A DNA stretch of 62,374 nt from a virus (lineage: Duplodnaviria; Caudoviricetes): positions 1 to 62,374 of the IMG/VR virus record IMGVR_UViG_3300044724_008437; one strand, written 5' to 3'. The notes below the pieces were generated by a model. The model did not search any database. It was not told the origin of the DNA and was given only the letters and a program-made list of their open reading frames with translations. This document shows, in pieces, positions 1-10,543 of this stretch (its first letter is position 1; each line of letters begins with the position of its first letter). The position numbers and the translations under genes are program-made.

Positions 1-1705
1 GTCATTACCTGCGGGACCTTGAGCACCGTCAGCACCGTCATTACCCGCAGGACCTTGAATACCCTGAGGACCTTGAGCACCGTCAGCACCATCAGCACCC
101 TCAGCACCGTCATTACCTGCAGGACCTTGAATACCTTGTGGACCTTGAGCACCGTCAGCACCGTCAGCTCCAGCAGGACCTTGAGGACCTACTGCACCGT
201 CAGCACCGTCATTACCTGCGGGACCTTGAGCACCGTCAGCACCGTCATTACCCGCAGGACCTTGAATACCCTGAGGACCTTGAGCACCGTCAGCACCATC
301 AGCACCGTCATTACCTGCAGGACCTTGAATACCTTGTGGGCCTTGAGCACCGTCAGCACCGTCAGCTCCAGCAGGGCCTTGTGGACCTTGAGGACCTACT
401 GCACCGTCAGCACCGTCAGCCCCTGCAGCTCCTGCGGGTCCTTGAATACCTTGAGGACCTACTGCACCGTCAGCACCGTCAGCTCCAGCAGGACCTTGTG
501 GTCCTTGTGGACCTACTGCTCCGTCAGCGCCGTCAGCGCCGTCAGCACCGTCAGCGCCAGCTGGCCCCTGATCTCCCGTATCCCCCTTAACACCCACGAA
601 CTGGCCCATGTCAGCCCAGTCGGTACCATCCCACATCAACAGATTGCTAGATAAATCTGTACCATTCTGCACGTCGGGCGATAAAATATCGTTGCCGGAA
701 GTACCGAGAGAGCCGTTAACCCCCGACCTAGAGTCAGTAGTTACAACGAAGAAGTAAACATCAGTAGATGTGGCTCCGCTATTGGCCTCAATGTCGCTAG
801 CTACCGCGTTAGTAAGCTCGCCGCTAGCATCAACGCTAAATCCCTCGCCTCGAGGTCCCTGAGGACCTTGAGCACCATCAGCGCCGTCAGCGCCGTCAGC
901 TCCTGCAGGACCTTGTGGACCTACTGCACCATCAGCCCCGTCAGCCCCAGCAGGACCTTGTGGACCTACTGCACCATCAGCACCGTCAGCACCGTCATTA
1001 CCTGCGGGACCTTGAGCACCGTCAGCACCGTCATTACCTGCGAGACCTTGAATACCCTGTGGGCCTTGTGGTCCAACTGCGCCGTCAGCACCGTCAGCTC
1101 CTGCGGGACCTTGTGGACCTTGAGGACCTACTACACCGTCAGCACCGTCAGCTCCTGCAGGACCTTGTGGGCCTTGTGGCCCAACTGCGCCGTCAGCACC
1201 GTCAGCTCCGGCAGGACCTTGTGGACCTTGTGGCCCTACTGCACCGTCAGCGCCGTCAGCACCGTCAGCTCCTGCAGGACCTTGTGGGCCTTGTGGCCCA
1301 ACTGCACCGTCAGCACCGTCAGCTCCGGCAGGACCTTGTGGACCTTGTGGCCCTACTGCACCGTCAGCGCCGTCAGCACCGTCAGCTCCTGCAGGACCTT
1401 GTGGACCTTGAGGACCTACTGCACCGTCAGCCCCTGCGGGGCCTTGTGGGCCTACGTCACCTTGTGGGCCCTGAGGACCAGCTGCACCATCAGCACCCGC
1501 AGGGCCCTGCGGTCCCTGGGCCCCGTCGGCGCCTGCGGGACCTTGTGGCCCAACTGCACCGTCAGCGCCGTCAGCACCTGCGGGACCTTGTGGGCCTAGG
1601 TCCCCCTGTGGTCCTTGTGCGCCGTCAGCACCAGCAGGACCTTGCGGACCTACATCGCCTTGTGCACCTTGTGCACCGTCAGCCCCTGCTGGCCCAACAA
1701 CTGCA
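1..1705. repeat. Degenerate 9-bp-unit tandem repeats encoding collagen triplets (two blocks, ~1-590 and ~850-1705)
   Basis: Recurrent ACCGTCAGC, GGACCTTG and ACCTTGTGG units. Confidence 0.95.
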
Positions 1706-2412
1706 CCTAGGTTCTGAATAGAGTTGTCGCTAAACGTAATAACTAGTTCACCGTTAATTATGGCGCTATTGGTGATACCCTTACCGAGTTGAACGGGAGA
1801 AGGATTAGCGGTGTCCGGCGTGAAAACTATTTGATTAGTGTCTACGTCTATACTAAGAGTAGAGTCGCCTAGGTACAGAGTACCTTGACTAAGGTATAGA
1901 TCCCGCCATTTATTTTGGGCAGTACCTAGGTCCCTAGTCTCATTGACATCGGGTATCATATTGCTAGCTATAGAGGTAAAATCTACCCCGCCATTACCTA
2001 GCTGGCCCTGTAGCTTAGTAACCGCGTCTACTAGGTCCGTATATCCTGCCGGTAAATCTGCCGCCCCCACCTTAGTGGCTAGCTGCTTAAAGTTACCAAA
2101 GGCGGCTACTATATTAGCTACAGTCTCGTTGTCGGCGTCAGTACCGGCTAACAAATTTATAGCTACTTGAAGTAGCTCTATATCTGCCGAGGTAGCCCCG
2201 ACTACGTCGTCCTGCCCTTCGCGGCTAATAACTAGATCCCCTCCAGCATTTACACTAAGCTGTACGGAATCCTCCTGTGCCGCTGTGGCATCCTTCACTA
2301 GTTTTATTACAGGGGAACTAACGATATGGGCAGCTACTCCTGCCCAGCGTAGGCTATGCCTACCCAGGTTACCGTCATTGTCTATCTGAGGTACTATATT
2401 TGGTGTAGCCAT
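1..2412 (-). CDS. Collagen-like (Gly-X-Y) fibre protein, runs off the window edge (3'-truncated)
   Basis: Not in the ORF track because there is no stop inside the window. The ATG at 2412-2410 overlaps the upstream TAA. It reads [14 protein letters not shown]..., includes a non-repetitive N-domain ([16 protein letters not shown]), then long [16 protein letters not shown] triplets interrupted at ~600-850. Confidence 0.9.
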   Translation of the reverse strand, partial: MATPNIVPQIDNDGNLGRHSLRWAGVAAHIVSSPVIKLVKDATAAQEDSVQLSVNAGGDLVISREGQDDVVGATSADIELLQVAINLLAGTDADNETVANIVAAFGNFKQLATKVGAADLPAGYTDLVDAVTKLQGQLGNGGVDFTSIASNMIPDVNETRDLGTAQNKWRDLYLSQGTLYLGDSTLSIDVDTNQIVFTPDTANPSPVQLGKGITNSAIINGELVITFSDNSIQNLGAVVGPAGADGAQGAQGDVGPQGPAGADGAQGPQGDLGPQGPAGADGADGAVGPQGPAGADGAQGPQGPAGADGAAGPQGPQGDVGPQGPAGADGAVGPQGPQGPAGADGADGADGAVGPQGPQGPAGADGADGAVGPQGPQGPAGADGADGADGAVGPQGPQGPAGADGADGAVGPQGPQGPAGADGADGVVGPQGPQGPAGADGADGAVGPQGPQGIQGLAGNDGADGAQGPAGNDGADGADGAVGPQGPAGADGADGAVGPQGPAGADGADGADGAQGPQGPRGEGFSVDASGELTNAVASDIEANSGATSTDVYFFVVTTDSRSGVNGSLGTSGNDILSPDVQNGTDLSSNLLMWDGTDWADMGQFVGVKGDTGDQGPAGADGADGADGADGAVGPQGPQGPAGADGADGAVGPQGIQGPAGAAGADGADGAVGPQGPQGPAGADGADGAQGPQGIQGPAGNDGADGADGAQGPQGIQGPAGNDGADGAQGPAGNDGADGAVGPQGPAGADGADGAQGPQGIQGPAGNDGAEGADGADGAQGPQGIQGPAGNDGADGAQGPAGND

Positions 2413-2801
2413 TAGCTAGAACTCCTAGGTGTGATATCCAAACCATTTCTAACCCAGTAGGTATCTGGGTAAACTTTTTGAGGCTGAGGCTGGATATCTA
2501 AATTAGATACCCGTAGCTGTGCACGACTGGCTTCCTCTTGCAGGACAACCTGTGCGTCATTCTCAGCACCAGGGGCATACTTCCACTCTATTAGAGGGGG
2601 AGTATCTAGGTTATTAAGATTAAATCTACTAACCCAGCTTCCCGATCGGCCAGCAATAGTAGAAGAAACTGTGAGGTCACCATTAGAGTTAGGCACCCAC
2701 ATAGACTCTTCAGGAAAAGAAACAGTAGCTACATTAGCTATCGCCAGATCTTCTTGATTTACTAAGCCTACTTCTATAGGTACAACTCTAATATTGGCCA
2801 T
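2412..2801 (-). CDS. Hypothetical virion-module protein
   Basis: ORF with SD; TAATG-coupled to the collagen gene. Confidence 0.7.
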   Translation of the reverse strand: MANIRVVPIEVGLVNQEDLAIANVATVSFPEESMWVPNSNGDLTVSSTIAGRSGSWVSRFNLNNLDTPPLIEWKYAPGAENDAQVVLQEEASRAQLRVSNLDIQPQPQKVYPDTYWVRNGLDITPRSSS

Positions 2802-2836
2802 TGTGACCTCGCTTCTAGGTACTTGGGTGGGTTTAT

Positions 2837-3277
2837 TTAGCTGTCAGACTTCTTGCGGCGAGTCTTACGCTTAGGCTTTTCTTCCTTAGCTGGCTCATCT
2901 TCTAGGCCTAGCATCTCGGCTACAGTGTCCATAGCCGCCCCAGCAGCATCTTCTGCGGCGTCAATTGCTGAGTCAACAGCACTCTCGACTGCGTCCTCTA
3001 CCGCGTCTAGGATCTTGTCACTTGCTTCTTCTAGCGCAGGGTTGTCGATCATGGCGTCAACGGCATCGCGGGCAGAGTGAATAAGGCTATCAGTTTTTGC
3101 CTCTACCTGGTTAGCCATACTGCTAACTTGCATACGTCCCGAGCTAATAAGCTTTCTAAGCGACTTGTGCATAAGCATAGTAACCGGTACTACCATACTT
3201 GCACCTCGCTTTAGGCGCTTTCCCCCAGGAAGCTTAATTGTACCTGATCGTCTATTATTAATCTTTACTTTTTGCAT
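2837..3277 (-). CDS. Hypothetical protein downstream of major capsid (basic N-terminus, acidic core, basic tail)
   Basis: ORF with GGAG SD; position typical of head accessory genes. Confidence 0.7.
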   Translation of the reverse strand: MQKVKINNRRSGTIKLPGGKRLKRGASMVVPVTMLMHKSLRKLISSGRMQVSSMANQVEAKTDSLIHSARDAVDAMIDNPALEEASDKILDAVEDAVESAVDSAIDAAEDAAGAAMDTVAEMLGLEDEPAKEEKPKRKTRRKKSDS

Positions 3278-3288
3278 TGTGTTTCTCC

Positions 3289-3328
3289 AAAAAAAAACCC
3301 CGCATACCTACTAAGAAGTATACGAGGC
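3289..3328 (-). terminator. Intrinsic terminator after the major capsid gene
   Basis: Minus-strand hairpin CCTCGTATAC/GTATGCGGGG (with GU pairs) followed by T9. Confidence 0.7.
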
Positions 3329-3380
3329 CTTATTGTTGGGCCCAAGGACCCTGTAGCTTTAAAAGCTTTTGACTACCTTA

Positions 3381-4439
3381 TTAGGCACCAATGCTCTTGA
3401 AGCCGCTGAGCTTGATCACACCCTTAGTGTTACCGATACCGATACCAGGTGAAGAGTAAGACCAGAACTCGATCATGTCCGCCTCTTGCTTAATGAACAA
3501 GGTAGCGTCCTGTAGCAGGAAGAAGTTACCGAGGTAGTTCTCAGGAGCGAACAGGTAAATAGTGTTGTCATCAATAACATCATTCTTGATAGTAGTGATA
3601 ACTGGAACACCAAATAGCTTGTCCTCACCCTCAAGCCCCTTGTCATAGTGACGAGAGACAATGTCGTTACCTACGTCGGTATAGTCAAACTTAAGAGCTT
3701 CCATAAAGGTAGCCTTAGTCATGAGCATCTTACCGATAGGAAGCTTCTTAGAGGTCATCGCCTGGAACATCTGAGCGATAAGCTCCTTGCTAAGAGGTGC
3801 TTGGTCAGAGTCGTTATCAGCCGCCTGAGCAACAAAGTTGTTACTCTCTAGTAGCTGAGTGCCAGTGAACTGAGGAAACACATCGGCATTAGCATTCTTA
3901 CCAAGATAAGAAAGCCCATCCTTGCTAAAGCCTGCAGCACCTTGGTTACCTACATCAGCAGGACCAGAATCACTAAGGGCAGCCTCAATGGTCTCGATGA
4001 ACTTCTTGTCCTCTATGTCAGCCATGTCCTTAACTGAGTTGTCAGTAAGGATCTTACGGATGTCGTTCTGGTAGGTAAGAAGCTCAAACTTTGACTTCAT
4101 GAAGTGCTGTGACTCGATCTTACCGAAGAAGACTGAGTAACGAGGACCGCGGAAGAAAGTACGCTGACCAGCACCCTTGAAGGTTACGAAAGTAGCCGTT
4201 GAATCGGGCTCCTTCTCGATGATCTTCTTAGGCTGATCGGTGTGCTCGTCGCGGTCGATCTCATCGGGGCTAAGCTCAATAGGAACTAGGATCTCACGCG
4301 CAAAGCTTTCCTGGCGGAGCTTGCTACGGATAAAGCGGCTACCCTCATCAGCAGCCTCCTTAACACGACCTTCATCTAGCTTACGAACAAATGACTGATT
4401 AATAAACTGCGCGCTAAGGCGCTCACGCTCTGTATTCAT
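3381..4439 (-). CDS. Putative major capsid protein
   Basis: 352 aa; last gene of a protease/scaffold/decoration cluster; followed by a terminator; capsid-like C-terminal LFGVPVI and IYLFAP segments. Confidence 0.7.
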   Translation of the reverse strand: MNTERERLSAQFINQSFVRKLDEGRVKEAADEGSRFIRSKLRQESFAREILVPIELSPDEIDRDEHTDQPKKIIEKEPDSTATFVTFKGAGQRTFFRGPRYSVFFGKIESQHFMKSKFELLTYQNDIRKILTDNSVKDMADIEDKKFIETIEAALSDSGPADVGNQGAAGFSKDGLSYLGKNANADVFPQFTGTQLLESNNFVAQAADNDSDQAPLSKELIAQMFQAMTSKKLPIGKMLMTKATFMEALKFDYTDVGNDIVSRHYDKGLEGEDKLFGVPVITTIKNDVIDDNTIYLFAPENYLGNFFLLQDATLFIKQEADMIEFWSYSSPGIGIGNTKGVIKLSGFKSIGA

Positions 4440-4462
4440 GGGTTACTCCTTAGTGCGCTTAA

Positions 4463-4963
4463 TTAAATTACTAAAAGATCGAGGGTGTTAGCATTGCTAT
4501 CAACAGCTAGCACCTGGCCAACTACGCTTTGGCGTGGATTGACCTCATTACCTGCTAAAGCAGTTACTACGCCACCGGCAACCTTAACTTCTTGCATAGG
4601 GGCAAAGGTAGAAGCAGCCGCTGCTAGGATGTCATACTCGGTACCGTCCGCAGTAACGCCTTTCTGAGGAAGGCGGACTACATAGCCACCGCCCAAAAGG
4701 CAAGTAACTCTATTAGCAAAGCGTGATGAGTAGTCATCTTTACCTTCAATAATCATGTAGCACTTGGCAGCGGCGCTATCACTAGTAGTGTCCGCTAGTG
4801 CTACTGCAGTATGCATAGATCCGTCCTTGTTCTGGACGTCTAGAGAAACCCACTGACCCATGTAGTGAGAGTGAACGGCGCTACCAATAACAAAATCCTC
4901 TTGGACTGCTGAAGAGTTAGGCCAGCCCCGTAGGATATCAAACTTTGAATTTAAAGCTACCAT
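4463..4963 (-). CDS. Putative capsid decoration/cement protein
   Basis: 166 aa, beta-rich, immediately upstream of the putative MCP. Confidence 0.5.
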   Translation of the reverse strand: MVALNSKFDILRGWPNSSAVQEDFVIGSAVHSHYMGQWVSLDVQNKDGSMHTAVALADTTSDSAAAKCYMIIEGKDDYSSRFANRVTCLLGGGYVVRLPQKGVTADGTEYDILAAAASTFAPMQEVKVAGGVVTALAGNEVNPRQSVVGQVLAVDSNANTLDLLVI

Positions 4964-4994
4964 GCTTTATCTCCTTGTGTATTTAGTATTTTGT

Positions 4995-5339
4995 TTAACT
5001 TAAGATCCAGTTTGCGAAGTCACGCTCGGCACGGTCAGCTCCAGCAGAGCCTCCCACTAGGCCGGCAGTCTTGGTGCTACCTGAGCTACCCATAGGGTTA
5101 GCCTCGCTTTTTGCTAGGCCACTCAGCATACCAAGTACAGAGTCATCGACTCCCGCTAGCTTTGTGCTCACATCATCTGGATCATCACCAGTGATAAAGC
5201 TTAGCTTTTCGACTAGGGGGTCAAGTGTTTGCTTACGGTGTGCTTGCTTAATAGTAGTGAGTTCAGTCTCCAGCTGAGACTTCTCATCTGCTATAGCATC
5301 TAGCACGTCAGCAACTTTAATCAAGAAATCACTGCTCAT
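4995..5339 (-). CDS. Hypothetical head/scaffold-region protein (KxA motifs)
   Basis: ORF track; coiled-coil character; KVA, KQA, KLA, KTA. Confidence 0.65.
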   Translation of the reverse strand: MSSDFLIKVADVLDAIADEKSQLETELTTIKQAHRKQTLDPLVEKLSFITGDDPDDVSTKLAGVDDSVLGMLSGLAKSEANPMGSSGSTKTAGLVGGSAGADRAERDFANWILS

Positions 5340-5344
5340 ATTAG

Positions 5345-5488
5345 TTAATCCTCAAGCTTACGTCTAAGTAATTCTAACCCGGTAGCCGCAACTACCAAGT
5401 TAGCTACTTTTTCACGCTTAGTTTGCTGATGATACTGAGCATATTTTCTAAGCTGCTCTGCTAGCACTTTTACTTTATCAGTATTCAT
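5345..5488 (-). CDS. Small 47-aa protein MNTDKVKVLAEQLRKYAQ...RRKLED
   Basis: Translated manually; fills the gap exactly; ATG abuts the upstream stop; KYA and KVA motifs. Confidence 0.7.
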   Translation of the reverse strand: MNTDKVKVLAEQLRKYAQYHQQTKREKVANLVVAATGLELLRRKLED

Positions 5489-5704
5489 TTAGCCCCCCCC
5501 AATGAAATCTAGTATATCTTGGTAAGTGGGCTCTAATGACTCTTGCCTAAGTAAACTAGCGAGCTTTGTTAGGGACTTAGCTACGTCGCCATCTAGCTCA
5601 TCAATGCGCTGCTCTAAACTAGCTTGTTTAGTCATAACAGGCTGAGGCTTAGAAGCCTCGTCTACTATACGAGCAAGAGTCTTCTCGAACTTAGATGAAG
5701 CCAT
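5489..5704 (-). CDS. Hypothetical head-module protein (KQAS, KLAS)
   Basis: ORF with SD in a packed operon. Confidence 0.7.
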   Translation of the reverse strand: MASSKFEKTLARIVDEASKPQPVMTKQASLEQRIDELDGDVAKSLTKLASLLRQESLEPTYQDILDFIGGG

Positions 5705-5716
5705 AACTACTTCTCC

Positions 5717-6061
5717 TTAATCTAGGGACTCTAGTTGTAGGTCTTTAATGTCGGAGGCATCGAAGCCAGAAGTACTAGGGAAAAAGCTAGCTGGATCACT
5801 GACTGCTTGAACTAGCTTTGGAGCTAAGAAGCCCGCAGCCGCTCCAGCTAGGGCATAGTTCTTGTGCTTTTTCTTCTCGTCTTCTCGCGCCATCTGACTA
5901 CCGACAAGGTATGCGGGTAATCCACCCACAGCTGCCCACAACAGATTTTCTTGTAAACCCGCCTGCTTGGTACAGAAGCTATAGGTAGCTTCAATACTCT
6001 CTGGTGAGCTTTGATTAGCCACCTTAGTTAGTAGGGCTCGGTACTGTTGGGATGCAGACAT
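5717..6061 (-). CDS. Hypothetical protein with two Gly/Ala-rich hydrophobic segments
   Basis: LLWAAVGGLPAYLVG and YALAGAAAGFLAP. Confidence 0.7.
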   Translation of the reverse strand: MSASQQYRALLTKVANQSSPESIEATYSFCTKQAGLQENLLWAAVGGLPAYLVGSQMAREDEKKKHKNYALAGAAAGFLAPKLVQAVSDPASFFPSTSGFDASDIKDLQLESLD

Positions 6062-6072
6062 CTTATTATCCC

Positions 6073-6687
6073 TTAAGCTAGGCTTCCAAGGATATTAATA
6101 GCATGCTGGTAACCAGTGTTGGCGCGATCCTCAGCAGCAGTCTTGATCATCTGCTTACCCTCAGCATACCCAGCTCTGATTGCCTCTGAAGCAATCTTAG
6201 TGGCCTCGTTGTGCTCTGCCTGAAGTGCCTCGGAAGCAACCTTAGTGGTCTCATCGTAGCTATGAGCATAGGCTTGCTGTGCTAGCTTCTCTAGCTCCCC
6301 GCGCGTCTCACGGTAACCTAACTCCATAGCTTGCTTCATAAGCACCTCGTCTACGTCACCTCCGCCAAAGCTAGCGACCTTGACGCCAGTACTCTCGTGC
6401 TCACCCATACGAGCAATAAACCCATCACAGACTGCTGCGCCGTACATCTCAGCCTCTTTGACGAGGGCTAGCTGCTCAGCATCGGCAAGCTTCTGAGCAA
6501 TCTTAACTAGGTCCTGAGAGGGAGTATCTACTGTAGTATTATATGAGGCTGTCTTATCCATAGAGAGTGCCGCGTCGAGGGCTGACTCTAGGCGATGACT
6601 GTGGCTTTGGCTAACCACAGAAGCGGTCTTAACCTGCTCAGTAGCAGGATTCTCTGACAATGCATCTAGAATTGATGATAGTTCCAT
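6073..6687 (-). CDS. Putative scaffold/core protein, very rich in KxA motifs
   Basis: Helical 204-aa protein next to the protease, with about 11 KxA sites. Confidence 0.6.
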   Translation of the reverse strand: MELSSILDALSENPATEQVKTASVVSQSHSHRLESALDAALSMDKTASYNTTVDTPSQDLVKIAQKLADAEQLALVKEAEMYGAAVCDGFIARMGEHESTGVKVASFGGGDVDEVLMKQAMELGYRETRGELEKLAQQAYAHSYDETTKVASEALQAEHNEATKIASEAIRAGYAEGKQMIKTAAEDRANTGYQHAINILGSLA

Positions 6688-6745
6688 TTTCTAATCTCCA
6701 TTAAGGTATACTTTGTTTGTTAAATCTTAGAGGCTGGTGCTCTTG

Positions 6746-8212
6746 TCAGCAATAAAATTGGTGGTTCAGGCCAAGTATTGTTTGCACAGACCAGGGATCG
6801 GCTTTAACCCGTCTAGCCCCGTCGGTGTTCTCAGATACTAGAGAAGCTAGCTTAGTATAGCTAGGTTCATCCTGAGATTCTAGCAAGCCCGCTATATGTA
6901 TACTATAGGCAAAGCAGGCTACCTTTGTGGCTAAGGGTATCTCGAAGTCTAGCCTAGGCAAGCTTAGACTGCTCTCTACGCTAGCCACTTTAAACATGTC
7001 TTTCTGGCCCTGGTATAGCCAAGACTCGCTTATGCTTCTGTGGGGTATATACTTGGCCATCTTATCCTGTATCTCAGGATCAGGCTCTTCAGCTCCCGTA
7101 GGCGCAACCTTGTCATAGATAAGCTCACCTGCCATGTCGGGCTGCTTAGCTAACAAGCTAAATATATCTCCCTGTAATGAAACCAGTTTCTCTGCTAAAC
7201 CTTCGGGGGCCTTTGCGTCAGTAAGCTTTATGTACACTAAGTCAAGAAACTCTGGTGTAGCTAGAAACAAGCCCATACTAGACAGAGAACTCAGAACCTT
7301 AGGAAGGCTGTGCCTACTTAAGTCTAGCTTATCTTCGTCAGATATTTCTTTAAACGAGTCTTTAAGCTTAGGTACAACAGTCTTAAGCCACTGCTTGTTT
7401 AGTGAGTTATCTGAAGAATTCATATTAGAAGAGTCCGCCTTGTAGCCAATTCCGGTTACCATCTTCTCTATCTCGGCAGCCTTGTTGAGGTACTTAGCTA
7501 AAGTTATGCGTGCAGCATTTTTCTCGGCTAACCAAGCTGAGCTAGCGCCGGTATCTCGTACACCGGCCACTTTCTTTAACATGTACCCAGTCTTGTCAGC
7601 CGGCCGCCATACAACAGATATATCAAAGAACTTGGGGTCTGGGTTATCAGCACAGACAATCCTGCCGTCTGGGTAGATCTTATTAAGCTCATTTCTAAGA
7701 TGACTGCAGTATTGTGCTCGAGTAGGTGCCTTGTTACCGCAGATACTACAAACGTCAAACTTAATCTTACAACCCATGGATACAGCTACAGATTGACCGG
7801 AGTTAACCTTGTCTACTATGTCAGGTGCTTTACGATTATCTATCTCTAAAACCAGCTCTACCCGGTGCATGTCATCATTATAGAAAGCTTTAACTACATT
7901 TCCGTAAGACTTAGCGGGATCTTTATTTACGTGTGACTTATAAACGTGCGCCCCAGTCTCGAAGGTCTTATAAGTTTTTTTCAACTCAGACTCTCTGAAT
8001 GCATCCCCGTTCCGGTTAGGTCCGTAAAACTCACTAGCCCCCATAGCTAAAACTAAAATATAGGTTTTACCTGGAGTGGACTGAATTTGCCTCGACCACT
8101 CCTCAGCTTCTGACGCTATTTTAGTATTAAAGTCTAGTAGCTGTACAGTAGGCTCGAAACCGTTACTGCCCTTAAAATGCTCGTCTAGCTCTAGTATCTT
8201 GTCAAATGCCAT
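6746..8212 (-). CDS. Putative prohead maturation protease with Zn-finger insertion
   Basis: GPNRNGDAF, SH(V)N, VSMGC followed by CSICG...CSH, and ISVV..PAD motifs; upstream of the capsid genes. Confidence 0.75.
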   Translation of the reverse strand: MAFDKILELDEHFKGSNGFEPTVQLLDFNTKIASEAEEWSRQIQSTPGKTYILVLAMGASEFYGPNRNGDAFRESELKKTYKTFETGAHVYKSHVNKDPAKSYGNVVKAFYNDDMHRVELVLEIDNRKAPDIVDKVNSGQSVAVSMGCKIKFDVCSICGNKAPTRAQYCSHLRNELNKIYPDGRIVCADNPDPKFFDISVVWRPADKTGYMLKKVAGVRDTGASSAWLAEKNAARITLAKYLNKAAEIEKMVTGIGYKADSSNMNSSDNSLNKQWLKTVVPKLKDSFKEISDEDKLDLSRHSLPKVLSSLSSMGLFLATPEFLDLVYIKLTDAKAPEGLAEKLVSLQGDIFSLLAKQPDMAGELIYDKVAPTGAEEPDPEIQDKMAKYIPHRSISESWLYQGQKDMFKVASVESSLSLPRLDFEIPLATKVACFAYSIHIAGLLESQDEPSYTKLASLVSENTDGARRVKADPWSVQTILGLNHQFYC

Positions 8213-8228
8213 AAAGGCCTCCCCAGGT

Positions 8229-8849
8229 CTATAGCAGAATGTCTACTAACAATGAAGCTATGTGGTCGGTGCTTATAGAGGAGACCTTTGACAACTCTTC
8301 TACCAGATCTACATCGGAGCTATTAGCTACCGCGGAGTCTACTACCTGCTTAGCATTTAGAGCTGTCTCTAACTCTTTAACCTCTTCGCTAACTGGCGTG
8401 GCTGGGCTAGATGAGGACATATTTCTAGCGGCTAGTATGGCGCCTACGGTAGCAGCTGCTAAACCCGGGATGGCTAGCATCTTAGAATCTACGTTATCGC
8501 TAGCTCTATTTATAGTATAGTTGGCTGCTAGAGCAGGTACTGCCGCTATCGCGGCGCCGGTTGCCAGAGCCTTAGGAAGGGACATAGCCTTTTTTACCTC
8601 CCCGGTCTCTTCTTTACCTTTTTCCCGTTTAGCCTTGTCCATAGCATGGGAGGCCCGGATAGACTGCATAACGGCACTGCCAAGCTTTATCGCCTCATCT
8701 ACCAGCTTTTGATTTAGGCTGTCTAGATTATAAATATGGGCGCGCTTCTCAAAGTAAGTATTAGCAGAGCCCACGCTAATAGAAGCGTACTTACTTTGCT
8801 GAGCTAGCTTTAAAAGTAATGGCGTAGCTGCTTTAACGTGTCTGTTCAT
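8229..8849 (-). CDS. Hypothetical virion protein with two hydrophobic segments
   Basis: ORF track; KxA motifs; ALATGAAIAAVPALAA. Confidence 0.7.
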   Translation of the reverse strand: MNRHVKAATPLLLKLAQQSKYASISVGSANTYFEKRAHIYNLDSLNQKLVDEAIKLGSAVMQSIRASHAMDKAKREKGKEETGEVKKAMSLPKALATGAAIAAVPALAANYTINRASDNVDSKMLAIPGLAAATVGAILAARNMSSSSPATPVSEEVKELETALNAKQVVDSAVANSSDVDLVEELSKVSSISTDHIASLLVDILL

Positions 8850-8854
8850 CTGTA

Positions 8855-9076
8855 TTACTTACCTAGGGTATCAAGGGCATTTATAGAACTTGCAATTGCC
8901 TTATTAACCTGGCGGTTATAGTAGGCTTTCTTAGCAATAAAGCCAATAGCGGTATCTAAGCCAAAATCGTTGGTGCCAATCCTAGCCTCGGCTACTTTGT
9001 GTAGCTGATTTTGCTGACGTAGTCGAAGTACCTCAGGAGGAATCATATTTAGCATCTCGTTTTTAGTCATTTCCAA
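8855..9076 (-). CDS. Hypothetical protein
   Basis: ORF in a packed minus-strand operon. Confidence 0.65.
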   Translation of the reverse strand: MEMTKNEMLNMIPPEVLRLRQQNQLHKVAEARIGTNDFGLDTAIGFIAKKAYYNRQVNKAIASSINALDTLGK

Positions 9077-9704
9077 AACCCTTTCCAGCCAGGCGCGCTT
9101 CTGCCTTAGCTAACTCTCCTAGTGTAACTGGATCTAGGCCGCCCTCGTGGGCGATACCCTGCCTTAAGAAACTCTTAATGGCGTCTTTATACTTTGTCAT
9201 TTTAGGAGCTACGTCAACCATGGTGTTAAATAGGCTGGCTACATGTTCAGGATCTGCGTCCCTCAGCATTTCGTCGTCCTGCATAAGCTCCCTTAGTATT
9301 GCCTGCTGATTAGGCTTGTTTACAAGTTTCTTGTAACTCTTACCCATGTTAGATACAGCCTCATTAACAAACGCGTTTGCTATATCAGCTGCATTAGAGG
9401 TCATCTTTTTAGCTACCTCCTCATCCGCACGGATACGAGTAAGGACCCCACCGATACCCGGCCGTAAAGCTTTGTTAAGCTCATAGCTAGATGTTTGTAT
9501 GGGGTCCCCCCCGATACCACTTACTGATTTAGAGGCACCTAGCATTGCGCCGCCGAGCATAGCCCCTACAGTAGTACCTCCAGCAAGACTTAGAAAGGGC
9601 TTCTGTTCTATAGCCTTAGCTAGCGCCGAGCCAACGCCTGACGTAAAGCCTACCTTTTCTCTAAATTCTTGAGTACCCACGGCCTTGTCAAGATGCTTAG
9701 ACAT
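9063..9704 (-). CDS. Hypothetical virion protein with a Gly-rich hydrophobic segment
   Basis: ORF track; LAGGTTVGAMLGGAMLG. Confidence 0.7.
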   Translation of the reverse strand: MSKHLDKAVGTQEFREKVGFTSGVGSALAKAIEQKPFLSLAGGTTVGAMLGGAMLGASKSVSGIGGDPIQTSSYELNKALRPGIGGVLTRIRADEEVAKKMTSNAADIANAFVNEAVSNMGKSYKKLVNKPNQQAILRELMQDDEMLRDADPEHVASLFNTMVDVAPKMTKYKDAIKSFLRQGIAHEGGLDPVTLGELAKAEARLAGKGFGND

Positions 9705-9708
9705 AGAA

Positions 9709-10536
9709 TTACCTCGTTACTTTAGCTAAGTAGTCAATAGCAGCTTTGTGCTGATTGTGACTATCTACTAGCTCTAGGATCTGAGCAACCTTTGCTAGGT
9801 TGCCCTTATTTTCCTGGTCTACAACATGTCTGTCAGCTAGAACAAACTCCTCTTGGGGTGTTAGAGCTCTAGCTATCTTAGGCATCCCTAGTCTGTTACG
9901 CACAAGCTGTAGTGCTGGAACTGCTGAGTTACCATGCACAGAGTAAGCATCTAGCTCAAAACTAGCATGCTTCTCACGGGTATAGATACCACGATAGTCA
10001 TAAGAGATCTCGTCAGCTAGGTCAGAGGCCCCATAGTTACAGCTAGCTATTTTAGTAAGCAAAGAGTCTCTAGCGCGCTCAGACTGGTTTATGTCTAGGC
10101 TGAGTGTGTCTTCTTGAGCCGTAAACAAGGGCCCTAGATAGCTAGCTACCTTATCCGACTTAGGCTCTAGCTCAGGTAAGGGATTATTCTCATCACTAAC
10201 AGTGTCATGTAACCCCGCCTTAGAATCAACAGATATGGTGATAGATATGCTAGGAGCACCTGAGGTAGGGCCCGAGCTTCCTAGTGCTTCATCAATTACC
10301 CTAGAGGGATCTGCTACATCAAACTCAACCATACGTTGATTGCCAGACTTGCCCTTAAACTCGTTTAAGAAGGCAGTGGTATTAGCAGACTCCACTAAGC
10401 GCTTTATCTGCTCTGGATTCATCTGATTGTGCTTGGCAATTTTTACTATGCTGTCATGTAGCGTACTTCCGTTACGGAATTCCTCGGCTACTTTAAAACC
10501 CATAGTGTCGATGTCGTGTCTAGAAAAAGTAGGCAT
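9709..10536 (-). CDS. Hypothetical head-module protein (KxA motifs)
   Basis: 275-aa ORF; KVA, KIA, KHA motifs. Confidence 0.75.
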   Translation of the reverse strand: MPTFSRHDIDTMGFKVAEEFRNGSTLHDSIVKIAKHNQMNPEQIKRLVESANTTAFLNEFKGKSGNQRMVEFDVADPSRVIDEALGSSGPTSGAPSISITISVDSKAGLHDTVSDENNPLPELEPKSDKVASYLGPLFTAQEDTLSLDINQSERARDSLLTKIASCNYGASDLADEISYDYRGIYTREKHASFELDAYSVHGNSAVPALQLVRNRLGMPKIARALTPQEEFVLADRHVVDQENKGNLAKVAQILELVDSHNQHKAAIDYLAKVTR

Positions 10537-10543
10537 AGCGGAG

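Noticed and set aside
19-1721. Plus-strand ORFs 19-654, 138-590, 868-1599 and 915-1721
   Set aside because: Antisense shadows of the stop-poor collagen repeat on the minus strand
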